Below, one piece after another: positions 1 through 8,535 of a stretch of DNA of 64,000 nt. The notes under the pieces were generated by a model. That model was not told the DNA's origin and searched no databases. It worked only from the letters and a program-made list of their open reading frames with translations. This stretch comes from a bacterium (lineage in GTDB: Bacteria; Verrucomicrobiota; Verrucomicrobiia; Chthoniobacterales; JAFAMB01), in contig JBKPCS010000094.1 in the NCBI GenBank assembly GCA_046727495.1, positions 16,029-80,028 of the forward strand. Reading direction: 5' to 3'. Both the position numbers and the translations under genes were made by a program. How positions within the stretch are numbered: position 1 is the first letter of the stretch; each line of letters opens with the position of its first letter.

Positions 1-294
1 TTCAGAGCAGAAGCGCCGAATCGTCTGATTCAAAATTACTTGGAACCCGACGGTCGCCTTCGGTTGATCCCGGCAGCGCGAAAGAAGCGTTACCCGGTCC
101 TAGCGTGGCTGGCTGGCCACTTTGATTTCGATCATCGTTACCGGGAAGCCGAAGTGAATCAGATTTTGCAGACCCGGTACTGGGATAGCGCGACGCTGCG
201 GCGGGAATTGGTGGGCTACCGGATGTTAGCTAGAGAGAAAGGGATCTATTGGCGTCTACCCGAAGAGCAGTGGTTAGCGGTCAAAAGTAACTAG
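1..294 (+). CDS. DUF2087 domain-containing protein, C-terminal part (5' end probably outside window)
   Basis: Frame 1 is open from base 1 with no stop before the TTG at 40. The sequence RLIPAARKKRYPVLAWLAGHF...YREAEVNQIL...LRRELVGYRML matches my recollection of the DUF2087 pattern. Confidence 0.5.
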   Translation, partial: FRAEAPNRLIQNYLEPDGRLRLIPAARKKRYPVLAWLAGHFDFDHRYREAEVNQILQTRYWDSATLRRELVGYRMLAREKGIYWRLPEEQWLAVKSN

Positions 295-412
295 AGCGAT
301 GTAAGTGGTGCCGTCGCTGCGATCGTTACAGGTACAATGCTAGTCACTTCAAACAAGAAACGACTTCGGCGCCTTAAATAAGTTCGCTCAACTCAGAAGC
401 ATCACAGACACC

Positions 413-1042
413 ATGAGTCACTGGCGAAGGATATGTGAACCTATGCTGATCGTAGGCACGCCGCTGATACTGGCGATTGTCGAGTGCTTCCACCCACATC
501 CCCACGATCTCTTGGGTCTGGATGTGCAAACCTGGCTTTGGGTCCACTACGCTCAAATTCTACTTTTTCCGCTTTCGGCACTGGCCGTGGTGGAACTCGT
601 TCACTTCCGGAAGGACATTCCGGCCAGCATCTGCCGCGTGGCGATGTTCGTCTTTGGAGTTGGCTGGACGGCTTGGGATACGGCGGCTGGTGTGGGAACC
701 GGTATTCTTGTCCAGGCTGCCCGTGCATCGGGCTCGCCGGAATCCTGGCGCGCTGCGATCGACGCGATTTGGTCGAATCCAATCATGGGCGGTCTCAGTG
801 GGTCGTTTGCGGTGTTCGGGGCCATTGCACTATCCATTGGCACCGTCGCTGCTGGCGTTTCTCTTAAGAGGGCCGGAAGCTCTTGGGGCCCGGTGGTTGT
901 GCTGGCTCTTTCTGGATTCGGCATCAGCGTCTTCAGAACACATGCATGGCCCGGCGGACCGCTTACTTTTGCCGGAATCGCTGTGGCCGGCGCATGGCTG
1001 TTATGGGAGCGCTCCCAACAAACTCAGTCGGATACGTTATGA
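413..1042 (+). CDS. hypothetical integral membrane protein
   Basis: 209-aa ORF with about 6 hydrophobic helices rich in Gly/Ala/Trp. No recognisable catalytic motif. The overlapping alternative-frame ORFs look spurious. Confidence 0.5.
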   Translation: MSHWRRICEPMLIVGTPLILAIVECFHPHPHDLLGLDVQTWLWVHYAQILLFPLSALAVVELVHFRKDIPASICRVAMFVFGVGWTAWDTAAGVGTGILVQAARASGSPESWRAAIDAIWSNPIMGGLSGSFAVFGAIALSIGTVAAGVSLKRAGSSWGPVVVLALSGFGISVFRTHAWPGGPLTFAGIAVAGAWLLWERSQQTQSDTL

Positions 1043-1158
1043 ACTAGGTTTACCTAGCTGTTCCCACACAACCCTTCGCGAACCGCTCAGGATGGTGCCA
1101 AATAACTGTACGATTTTGCTTGGCCGGGGCGTCGCTGGAGCGCCGCCTTCTAGCGCGC

Positions 1159-1788
1159 TCATTTCTTTACCATGAACCCGATCGTACCTAGCTTTCCCCA
1201 CTCGCTATGTGTTGTTCGCGCTTTGTCCGTGACGCCGATCTTGTCGTGCTTGTAAGTGGTCGAGACAAAATCGACAAATGAAGCGTTGAAATTCACGTCG
1301 TGCGAGATGAGGACACCGCCAGGCTTAAGCTTCTGCCAGAAATAGCGAAACTCGAGATACTGATATTTGTAGCGGTGGGAGCTGTCGTGAAGAAAGAGGT
1401 CGATCTGCTCCGGAAACGCTTTCTCCTTCATGAATTGTTTCACGTCGCCGATCATTGATTGGTAGCCCAATTTCAAACGATCCGGGATCATCGATCCAAC
1501 GGCGCAATTCGGATCTACTTCAACGCTCAGCAGTTTCCCATCCTGCACGCCGGCTTCGGCCATACCTTGGAGGATAAACGATGAGGACATACCAAGGTTG
1601 CCTCCCGTTTCAACGCAGATTCGCGGCGCAAATTTTTTAACCAGCGCGAGAAGAACCGCCGAATCGAACATACCCATTGAACTCTTTGTTCCAAAGGCCC
1701 GCAAACGCTCTTCCATTTCCCACATAAACTCGCCATGCAGGATTCCAAGGACGGATTCACAAAACGATTTCCATTCCGAGTCGTTCAT
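1159..1788 (-). CDS. class I SAM-dependent methyltransferase (Methyltransf_24 / CmcI-like)
   Basis: 209 aa with a glycine-rich SAM motif region VETGGNLGMSS and LFLHDSSH...LKPGGVLISHDV. Lies 9 nt downstream of lpxB on the same strand. Confidence 0.6.
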   Translation of the reverse strand: MNDSEWKSFCESVLGILHGEFMWEMEERLRAFGTKSSMGMFDSAVLLALVKKFAPRICVETGGNLGMSSSFILQGMAEAGVQDGKLLSVEVDPNCAVGSMIPDRLKLGYQSMIGDVKQFMKEKAFPEQIDLFLHDSSHRYKYQYLEFRYFWQKLKPGGVLISHDVNFNASFVDFVSTTYKHDKIGVTDKARTTHSEWGKLGTIGFMVKK

Positions 1789-1797
1789 TTCGTGTGC

Positions 1798-2919
1798 TCA
1801 GACTGTTGCGCGTTCAGTTAATTCCCGCACCACGACTTCCGCCGCGCGTTTACCGGCTCCTTTTTCACCTAACATTGTGACTACCCGATCCATCTCGCTG
1901 ACCATCGATTTCCTGGTTCCCTCGTCGGAGTAGAGCCTCCAGACCGCATCTGCGATTCGCTGGGGTGTCGCATCCTGCTGAATAAATTCGGGAACGATCT
2001 CTTTCCCCGCCAGGATGTTCGGCATCCCAAGGTAGTCCACTCGTATTAACAGCCGGCCAGGAATGTAAGTGAGCCAGGAAACTTTGTAGACAAGAACAAA
2101 CGGTAAACGAAAAAAGCTGGATTCAAGGGTTGCTGTTCCTGAAGCAACCATTCCTGCCGCAGCTCGTTGCATCAACGCTGCAGCATTGCCAACAGCAATT
2201 CTGATCTCGTCTTCGGCGCCCAGCATCTGCTGCATCATCTCTTGTGCGGACTTCGATGCGGCTGACGCTTCGAACCGGATCGTCGGATCACGGCGCCGGA
2301 GCATTCTGGCCGCTTCCACCATGATCGGGAAAATTCGTTTCACTTCGCGTTTCCTGCTTCCAGGCATCAGCGCAACAAGATCCGGCTCGCGCGGTTGTTT
2401 TATGCGACGGTGCTCAAGCTCTTCGACCATCGGATGTCCTACGAACTCCGTCCGAAGACCACTCGCTTCATAGAGCGATTTTTCGAACGGGAAAATACAC
2501 ATCATCAAATCGAGGAACTTCGCCATTCGCGGAATGCGGCTTCGGTTCCATGCCCAAACCTGCGGACTCACATAATAGATCAGCTTGCCGGAGAACCGCT
2601 TTTGATGGAGGCGGTCAGCCAGACGCAGGTTGAACCCGGGATAATCAATGAAAATGACCGCATCAGGCTGAAGCTTTGTAATCTCGTCATACATCCGATA
2701 GAACTGTCGGCGGAAGTATGGATATTTGACCAGCACATCCCACAGACCCACCACTGCCTCAGAACTCCAATCCGTGAAATGATCCCCTGCGATCGACTTC
2801 ATCTGCGGTCCGCCCGCACCAAAGAACTTGATATTCGGGTTGAGTGCCTGCAACTCGCGCATCAGCACTGCGCCGTGCGTATCCCCGCTTGATTCGCCGG
2901 CTACGAGGTAGATCCGCAT
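1798..2919 (-). CDS. lpxB: lipid-A-disaccharide synthase
   Basis: 373 aa with N-terminus MRIYLVAGESSGDTHGA typical of GT19 LpxB. Length and the DYPGFNLRLA motif fit. Confidence 0.9.
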   Translation of the reverse strand: MRIYLVAGESSGDTHGAVLMRELQALNPNIKFFGAGGPQMKSIAGDHFTDWSSEAVVGLWDVLVKYPYFRRQFYRMYDEITKLQPDAVIFIDYPGFNLRLADRLHQKRFSGKLIYYVSPQVWAWNRSRIPRMAKFLDLMMCIFPFEKSLYEASGLRTEFVGHPMVEELEHRRIKQPREPDLVALMPGSRKREVKRIFPIMVEAARMLRRRDPTIRFEASAASKSAQEMMQQMLGAEDEIRIAVGNAAALMQRAAAGMVASGTATLESSFFRLPFVLVYKVSWLTYIPGRLLIRVDYLGMPNILAGKEIVPEFIQQDATPQRIADAVWRLYSDEGTRKSMVSEMDRVVTMLGEKGAGKRAAEVVVRELTERATV

Positions 2920-2964
2920 GGATACAACGGATAGAACTTATAGGACCTATGCGACATATACGAC

Positions 2965-3891
2965 CTATGGGACACTCTTGATCAACTCGGTGATTTCGAT
3001 GGCGAGCTCGAGTGCGGCAGCCGCTTCCGACCCGGAGACGACAGGTTGGCCACCGCGCCGGCTGCATTCCACGAACGATTGCAGTTCTAGTTTAAGTGGC
3101 TCATCCTTTTCGATTTCAACTGGGTTTCGTGTAATTGCTCCGTTGACTAAACGAAAGATCTCGCCGGTCTGATTTTGGTAATCCAGCGACACATAGGCCT
3201 TGTCTTGCGTAAATATTCGAATCTTACGCATCTTCTCGGGACTAACTCGACTCGCGGTAATATTTGCTACACACCCGTTTTCGAACCGGATCCGCGCGTT
3301 GGCAATGTCTTCTCCTTTGCTGAGCACAGGAATGCCGACCGCGTCAATACTCTTAACCGGCGATCGAACCAGATGTAGGACCACTTCCAGGTCGTGAATC
3401 ATCAGGTCCAAGACGACGCCAATTTCAATGCTCCGAAATGGATACGGCGACAAGCGATGGACTTCAATAAATCGGGCCTTCGTCAGAATCTTTTCCAGCG
3501 CACCTAAAACCGGATTGAACCGTTCTACGTGACCAACCTGTAAGACAACTTCGTGTTGTTTTGCCAAAGCTACAAGCTCTCGTGCGTGATCCGGGTTCTC
3601 GGTTATCGGTTTTTCGATCAGGAGATGCTTCCCTTCGGCTACGAGCAATCGAGCTATTTCGTAGTGATACGGGGTTGGGGTCGCTACTGTAGCGGCGTCG
3701 ACCAGGGCCACAAATTCGGCAACAGTCGAGGCCGCCTTAACATTGTACTGCTTTTCGATAGCAGACGCCGTTTCGGGATTCGTATCAAGAATTGCCGAAA
3801 ACTCTACTCCAGGGAGTTCAGAGTAAATTCGCGCGTGATTCTTGCCGATACTGCCCACACCGACGATCCCGACTCTTAATCGATCGCTCAT
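2965..3891 (-). CDS. Gfo/Idh/MocA family NAD(P)-dependent oxidoreductase embedded in the lpx cluster
   Basis: 308 aa with N-terminal Rossmann motif VGIVGVGSIGKNHARIY and an EKP motif (LLIEKPI). Overlaps the lpxI stop by 4 nt. Confidence 0.8.
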   Translation of the reverse strand: MSDRLRVGIVGVGSIGKNHARIYSELPGVEFSAILDTNPETASAIEKQYNVKAASTVAEFVALVDAATVATPTPYHYEIARLLVAEGKHLLIEKPITENPDHARELVALAKQHEVVLQVGHVERFNPVLGALEKILTKARFIEVHRLSPYPFRSIEIGVVLDLMIHDLEVVLHLVRSPVKSIDAVGIPVLSKGEDIANARIRFENGCVANITASRVSPEKMRKIRIFTQDKAYVSLDYQNQTGEIFRLVNGAITRNPVEIEKDEPLKLELQSFVECSRRGGQPVVSGSEAAAALELAIEITELIKSVP

Positions 3892-4742
3892 ATTTGGTGA
3901 CCGTACAGCGTTACTTGTTTTTCGTTTGCCAGTTTTATTACAGCCTCTTTGTCAAGCAGTAGCGTCTGTCCGGTTTCGACACAAATTGCTTTCACACCGC
4001 AAGCAGCGGCCAGCTCGACCGTTTCGCAGCCAATCACTGGAACATCGAACCGTAGATCCTGGTTCGGTTTCGAAACTTTGACAACGACAGAATCATTTTT
4101 GCCCAAGGCTGCCCCTCGTCGAATCGCTTCGTTTGTTCCCTCGAATGCTTCCACCGCCAGGACGGTCCCGTTGCGGACGACAACGGTTTGTCCGATATCC
4201 AACCGGCTGACCTCTTTCGCTATCTCGAAGCCGAAAATAATATCTTGGACACACCTTTTCTTCGGCTTCGGACCGGCGATTACTCCGGCTGTGGCGATTG
4301 AATCTTCCAGATAAGTCGTAGCCGGAAGCAGCTCTACGCCAACCTTGCTCAGCTCGTCGGCCACCGCTCCAAACAGAGTTTCCGCATTCCGCCTTGGCAG
4401 AGTTCCCAAAATCATCAAGGCCTTGAGATCAGGCCGTAGGTCGAAAAGATTCTTCGGCGCGATCTGTCCCGCCATGATTGCCTGCTGGACACCAGACTTT
4501 TGGAAAAACCGGAGCAATTTGCTGAGTTGCCCGACTCTCATCCATTCGATCGAGTCCACCAGTTCGGCTAAGTCTGCTTTGGTCTCGTTTTCGAAAGCGG
4601 CAACATGAATCGCCGAAACGCCCTGCTCCTTCGCGGCGCGAGCAACGAGAAACGGGTAAATGCCGTTACCGGCAATAATACCAAGCGCCGGGTGGTTCTG
4701 CATGTCTTCGGAAATTGTGGCGGCGATTGAGGAAGGTGGCAA
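3888..4742 (-). CDS. lpxI: UDP-2,3-diacylglucosamine diphosphatase LpxI (DUF1009 family)
   Basis: 284 aa with LGIIAGNGIYPFLVARAAK at the N-terminus and DLRFDVPVIGCETV near the C-terminus, as in LpxI/DUF1009. Located in the lpxI-oxidoreductase-lpxB cluster. Confidence 0.8.
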   Translation of the reverse strand: MPPSSIAATISEDMQNHPALGIIAGNGIYPFLVARAAKEQGVSAIHVAAFENETKADLAELVDSIEWMRVGQLSKLLRFFQKSGVQQAIMAGQIAPKNLFDLRPDLKALMILGTLPRRNAETLFGAVADELSKVGVELLPATTYLEDSIATAGVIAGPKPKKRCVQDIIFGFEIAKEVSRLDIGQTVVVRNGTVLAVEAFEGTNEAIRRGAALGKNDSVVVKVSKPNQDLRFDVPVIGCETVELAAACGVKAICVETGQTLLLDKEAVIKLANEKQVTLYGHQI

Positions 4743-4782
4743 GCGCGGGATCGGTGCTTTCAGCGCTGATGTCCACAGCCTA

Positions 4783-4810
4783 CCGTCGACCGTCGACCGT
4801 TGGCCGTTAT
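4783..4810. repeat. tandem heptamer array CCGTCGA CCGTCGA CCGTTGG CCGTTAT
   Basis: Read directly from the sequence in the spacer between the methyltransferase stop (4855) and the lpxI start (4742). The same CCGTCNN unit builds the arms of the 49835-50048 element. Confidence 0.7.
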
Positions 4811-4854
4811 GGGAGCCCTGGAGAAGCCATCGGCTAAATCAGCGTCATCCAACG

Positions 4855-5604
4855 CTACAAAACGAAACCCGCGAGGATCGTCAGAGGCAACTCAATGACT
4901 CTCTTAGCCGCTGGATCACCCCAGGCCTCCCGAAAACGAGGAACAAACTCTACGATCGGATCTGTCCCGGTGGCCGCTTTGAACCGGGCCACAGCGGACC
5001 AACTATGTGCATAACCCAAGAACTGCGCGAGATCCCATTGCTTGATCAGGCTGATTTTGGGCGCAGCTAGCTTTTCAAATGGGAACGGGATCGATCGGTA
5101 GTCTTCTGCGGCATGCCTGCGTCCTTCAGGCCAATACGAGCCTATTTTGTTGGAATCCAGTTCCCGGAGCACCGAGCGTAGACTTGGACTGACCTCTTTC
5201 ATCTTGTGGTAAACTAGAGCCGCAAAAAGCGCTCCAGGTTTTGACACTCGACGAACCTCGGCATAAAACTCGGAGAAGCGGAACCAGTGCAAAGCTTGCG
5301 CCACAAATACGAGATCAACGGTTCCACTCTCAATTGAGCTTTTCTCTGCTGGTTCCAATCGGTACGACACGTTCACTAATCGCTCGGCGAGCTGGAGCTG
5401 TTTCTCGCTAATATCGGTTCCAATGACTCGTTCGAAACGGTTGGCTAGATCTCGCGTGGCTTGCCCGTTTCCGCATCCGCAATCCCAAGCAAGCTGTCGC
5501 GCCGGTGCTGTTTGAGCGAGCCAATCAAAGACTTCAGCAGGATAAGTCGGGCGAAACTCTTTGTAAGCGTCGGACTGCTGAGAAAAGTGGTCGGCAGGTA
5601 GCAT
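4855..5604 (-). CDS. class I SAM-dependent methyltransferase (Methyltransf_11-like)
   Basis: 249 aa with SAM-binding motif I LAWDCGCGNGQAT followed by an acidic residue (GTDISE). Confidence 0.75.
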   Translation of the reverse strand: MLPADHFSQQSDAYKEFRPTYPAEVFDWLAQTAPARQLAWDCGCGNGQATRDLANRFERVIGTDISEKQLQLAERLVNVSYRLEPAEKSSIESGTVDLVFVAQALHWFRFSEFYAEVRRVSKPGALFAALVYHKMKEVSPSLRSVLRELDSNKIGSYWPEGRRHAAEDYRSIPFPFEKLAAPKISLIKQWDLAQFLGYAHSWSAVARFKAATGTDPIVEFVPRFREAWGDPAAKRVIELPLTILAGFVL

Positions 5605-5620
5605 GATGTGTATACGGAGG

Positions 5621-5716
5621 GGTTCGAATCTAGAAGCTCGAATCTGGAATCTAGAAGCGTACCTGGCGCATCTCGCGTTTCTATATTCGAGATTCTAGTT
5701 TCGAGATTCGAAATTC
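5621..5716. repeat. imperfect hairpin with GAATCT-based repeat arms, overlapping the ispE 3' end
   Basis: Left arm ggttcgaatctagaagctcgaatctggaatctagaagcg; right arm cgcgtttctatattcgagattctagtttcgagattcgaaattc is its approximate reverse complement. The right arm encodes the last ispE codons (AENFESRN). Confidence 0.55.
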
Positions 5717-6543
5717 TCCGCTGGATTCAGCCGCCCTACCCAATTCCAGATTTTATCTCCAAACTTGGCTCTAAAACGCTCCACCAGCGCCCTCCCACCT
5801 GCTTCATCGTTCACCACCGCAAACATCGTCGATCCGGATCCTGACATTGACGAAACTATCGTCTCCGGCTGCTCTCTCAGCCAATCCTTAATCACGGGCA
5901 AAAGGAGGTATTTCCGGAAGACCGATTGCTCTAAATCGTTGCGCAGCGTTCCCCATTTCGTCTCCACCGACTCTCCTTTCTTTTGGTTGTCAGGCAATTG
6001 CGTATAAGCCTGGTACGCGGAGGCGGTTGAAATACCAAACTCAGGTTTGAAAAGGCAGATCCAGAGACCTCTATCAAACTCCTTTTGCTCCATGACTTCA
6101 CCTCGTCCGGTGCACCAGGCAGAGCGAGCCTCAACGAAGAACGCAACATCCGAACCAAGTCTGGCGGCTAATTCGCGCTGCCGCGGTATATCAAGCGGTT
6201 CTCGGTGTATTTGATTCAGTAAGCGAAGTGTTGCGGCTGCGTCAGAGCTGCCCCCACCGAGACCCGCGCCCATCGGTATGTTCTTTTCAAAAGTGATGCG
6301 GTAAGCGGCGCGAATCCCAGTAACCTCAGCAAAGAGATCCCTAGCCCGGACCACGAGATTGGATTGATCGTTTCGCAACTCCGAGACGTTCGCTGAAACC
6401 GAATCCTTCTTTGCTGCTTCGATCTCAACCGAATCATAGAGTGCGATCGGCAACATCCATGTGGTTAGATCATGGAAGCCGTCTGCGCGACGACCGACGA
6501 TCTCCAGCATCAGATTGATCTTTGCCGGGGTCAGGGTTTTCAT
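5695..6543 (-). CDS. ispE: 4-(cytidine 5'-diphospho)-2-C-methyl-D-erythritol kinase
   Basis: 282 aa with AKINLMLEIVGRRADGFH at the N-terminus and the GHMP kinase motif PMGAGLGGGSSDAAA. Confidence 0.9.
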   Translation of the reverse strand: MKTLTPAKINLMLEIVGRRADGFHDLTTWMLPIALYDSVEIEAAKKDSVSANVSELRNDQSNLVVRARDLFAEVTGIRAAYRITFEKNIPMGAGLGGGSSDAAATLRLLNQIHREPLDIPRQRELAARLGSDVAFFVEARSAWCTGRGEVMEQKEFDRGLWICLFKPEFGISTASAYQAYTQLPDNQKKGESVETKWGTLRNDLEQSVFRKYLLLPVIKDWLREQPETIVSSMSGSGSTMFAVVNDEAGGRALVERFRAKFGDKIWNWVGRLNPAENFESRN

Positions 6544-7258
6544 GCATCGTCATCCTGTGCAAACTTCGATCGGTGCAAAGGAGAAAATTATCGTTCCGCT
6601 GGATGTACCATCAGAGGCGGAAGCGCGCCGGTTGATTGCGATCCTCAACGGACAAGTTGGATTATTCAAGATTGGCAATCAGTTGTTTACCCGTGCTGGG
6701 CCTTCCATCGTTCAGGAAATCAAACAAGCCGGCAGCAAAGTTTTTCTCGATCTCAAGTTTCACGATATACCAAACACGGTACAGCACGCGGTCGAGTCAG
6801 CCTGTGGATTGGGTGTCGACATGCTAACGATTCATTTGTCCGGAGGCAAAGCGATGTGCAAGGCCGCCGTCACGGGCCGCGGAACGTCCTCGACATTGAT
6901 TCTTGGAGTTACCGTTTTAACCAGCCTCGATGATCAAGCTCTGGCTGAAATCGGATACAGGATGGCGGTGCGAGAACAGGTTCTTTTGATGGCGACGCTG
7001 GCGCAGCAAACAGGCATCACCGGGCTGGTGGCTAGCCCACAGGAGTTGGGAGTTCTCCGTGAACAATTCGGTTCCTTGTTCACGACCGTTATTCCCGGGA
7101 TCCGTCCATTCTGGGCGGAAGCTGGCGATCAGAAACGCACCATGACGCCTAAAGAGGCTATCAAAGCGGGTGCAGACTACCTGGTGATTGGCCGGCCAAT
7201 CACGGATGCGGCCGACCCATCAGGGGCAGTGAAACGCATCCTTGAAGAGCTCGAATAA
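6542..7258 (+). CDS. pyrF: orotidine 5'-phosphate decarboxylase
   Basis: Contains the motif FLDLKFHDIPNTV and IIVPLDV. I chose the ATG at 6542 (MHRHPVQ...). The ORF-track start at 6461 would overlap ispE by about 80 nt with non-homologous sequence. Confidence 0.9.
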   Translation: MHRHPVQTSIGAKEKIIVPLDVPSEAEARRLIAILNGQVGLFKIGNQLFTRAGPSIVQEIKQAGSKVFLDLKFHDIPNTVQHAVESACGLGVDMLTIHLSGGKAMCKAAVTGRGTSSTLILGVTVLTSLDDQALAEIGYRMAVREQVLLMATLAQQTGITGLVASPQELGVLREQFGSLFTTVIPGIRPFWAEAGDQKRTMTPKEAIKAGADYLVIGRPITDAADPSGAVKRILEELE

Positions 7259-7270
7259 AGGAACCTTTAT

Positions 7271-7345
7271 GGAACCGAAGATTTTCGCAGATTCCGCAGA
7301 TTATTTTGCGCTCTTCTTAAGAAATCGGCGGAATCTGACGGTTCC
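7271..7345. terminator. bidirectional terminator-like hairpin between convergent pyrF and GNAT genes
   Basis: ggaaccg...cgcagattccgcagatt pairs with aatcggcggaatctgacggttcc. A T-run (ttttcttttat) follows on the plus strand and tttat follows on the minus strand. Confidence 0.5.
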
Positions 7346-7352
7346 TTTTCTT

Positions 7353-7865
7353 TTATCTCAGCTTCAAGTCGTACCGGATCTCGGTATTCTTCCCTCCCCA
7401 ATCCTCGATGATTTTCTCCTCGGCTTTCACGAAGCCAAGCGACTGATAGACTGCGATGGCCCGGTCGAGGCCGGTCACAGTCCAGAGGTAAATGAGATCA
7501 AATCCAGCTTCGCGCGAATATCTGACCGATTCTTCGACTAGCCATCGCCCAAGCCCAACTCCGCGGACGGAATCATCGACGAACAGCAGGCGAAGCTGAG
7601 CCTGATTCTCCGGACGCTCAACAATCAGTACCGACCCAACTACCTGATTATCCTTTTTCGGGATCCACGCGCGCGATCGTCCTTTCTGTGGTGTTAGCAG
7701 AAAGTCGATCGCGATTTTCGCGCAGTACGCTTCGTGAATCTCGTTGAAGCCGTAGTCCCTGAAGTTCTGGATACCGTGAATGTAAATCAGCCGTCCGAGA
7801 TCTCCTGGAACAAAGTCATGATGGATCGAAATCCCTGTCTTCCGGATCTTTTCTGGAAGCAACAT
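7353..7865 (-). CDS. GNAT family N-acetyltransferase
   Basis: 170 aa with acetyl-CoA binding motif A VRGVGLGRWLVEESV. Confidence 0.75.
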   Translation of the reverse strand: MLLPEKIRKTGISIHHDFVPGDLGRLIYIHGIQNFRDYGFNEIHEAYCAKIAIDFLLTPQKGRSRAWIPKKDNQVVGSVLIVERPENQAQLRLLFVDDSVRGVGLGRWLVEESVRYSREAGFDLIYLWTVTGLDRAIAVYQSLGFVKAEEKIIEDWGGKNTEIRYDLKLR

Positions 7866-7873
7866 CCGCGTCT

Positions 7874-8296
7874 CTAGACCACCGAAAGCTTCACATCAAT
7901 GTTGTTGCGCGTCGCTTTGGAATAGGGGCAGACCTGGTGTGCTTCTTCAACCAGCTTTTCGGCGGTTGCCTTGTCTACGTCGGGAAGATGAGCTTTCAAT
8001 TCTGCGGCCAGCTTGAATCCTCCTTCATCAGTTCCAAATGTGACATGAGCGGTCACCTGAATCGTATTGAGTTTGTGGTGTTTTTGCCCGGCCACATAGC
8101 CGATCGCTCCTGCAAAACACGCGGAGTATCCGGACGCAAAAAGCTGCTCCGGATTTGAAGTACCGGGTTTTCCTGGTCCGCCCATTTCCTTCGGAACACT
8201 CAGATCGAGATCGACAATGCCGTCTGAGGATTTTACGTGGCCATCTCGACCACCGGTCGCTGTCGCAACTGCAGTATATAGAGGCTTATACGCCAT
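7874..8296 (-). CDS. ohr: organic hydroperoxide resistance protein (Ohr/OsmC family peroxiredoxin)
   Basis: 140 aa carrying both conserved Cys contexts (GYSACFAGA and HQVCPYSKA) and the typical Ohr length. Confidence 0.85.
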   Translation of the reverse strand: MAYKPLYTAVATATGGRDGHVKSSDGIVDLDLSVPKEMGGPGKPGTSNPEQLFASGYSACFAGAIGYVAGQKHHKLNTIQVTAHVTFGTDEGGFKLAAELKAHLPDVDKATAEKLVEEAHQVCPYSKATRNNIDVKLSVV

Positions 8297-8360
8297 GGTT
8301 GTTCTCCAGTTGAGGGTTGATGCTTAGCTCTAACCCTAGCCTACGAGCGCCGCAACCAAA

Positions 8361-8419
8361 TCGTACTCGTCCTCGTCCTCGTTCTCGATGATGAGGAGGA
8401 GGACGAAGAAGAGGACGAA
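8361..8419. repeat. imperfect hairpin built from GTC/CTC triplet repeats
   Basis: tcgtactcgtcctcgtcctcgttctc - gatgat - gaggaggaggacgaagaagaggacga. A related tract, cgtcctcaatctcgttctcgtcctcg, occurs at 15572-15598. Confidence 0.5.
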
Positions 8420-8535
8420 AACATGGATGACCGTGCTGGACGAAAAACGGAGCAGACACGAACAGAAGGTCGCGAAAACGTAAAGAAAGAGAACCCAATG
8501 AGAATCTTTGCCCCTTTGCGATCTTCTGATCGGTC

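Noticed and set aside
441-1175. Several overlapping ORFs (107-232 aa) in other frames across 413-1042
   Set aside because: The 413-1042 frame gives a coherent multi-helix membrane protein. The alternatives are Arg/Pro/Ser-rich translations typical of off-frame GC-rich DNA.
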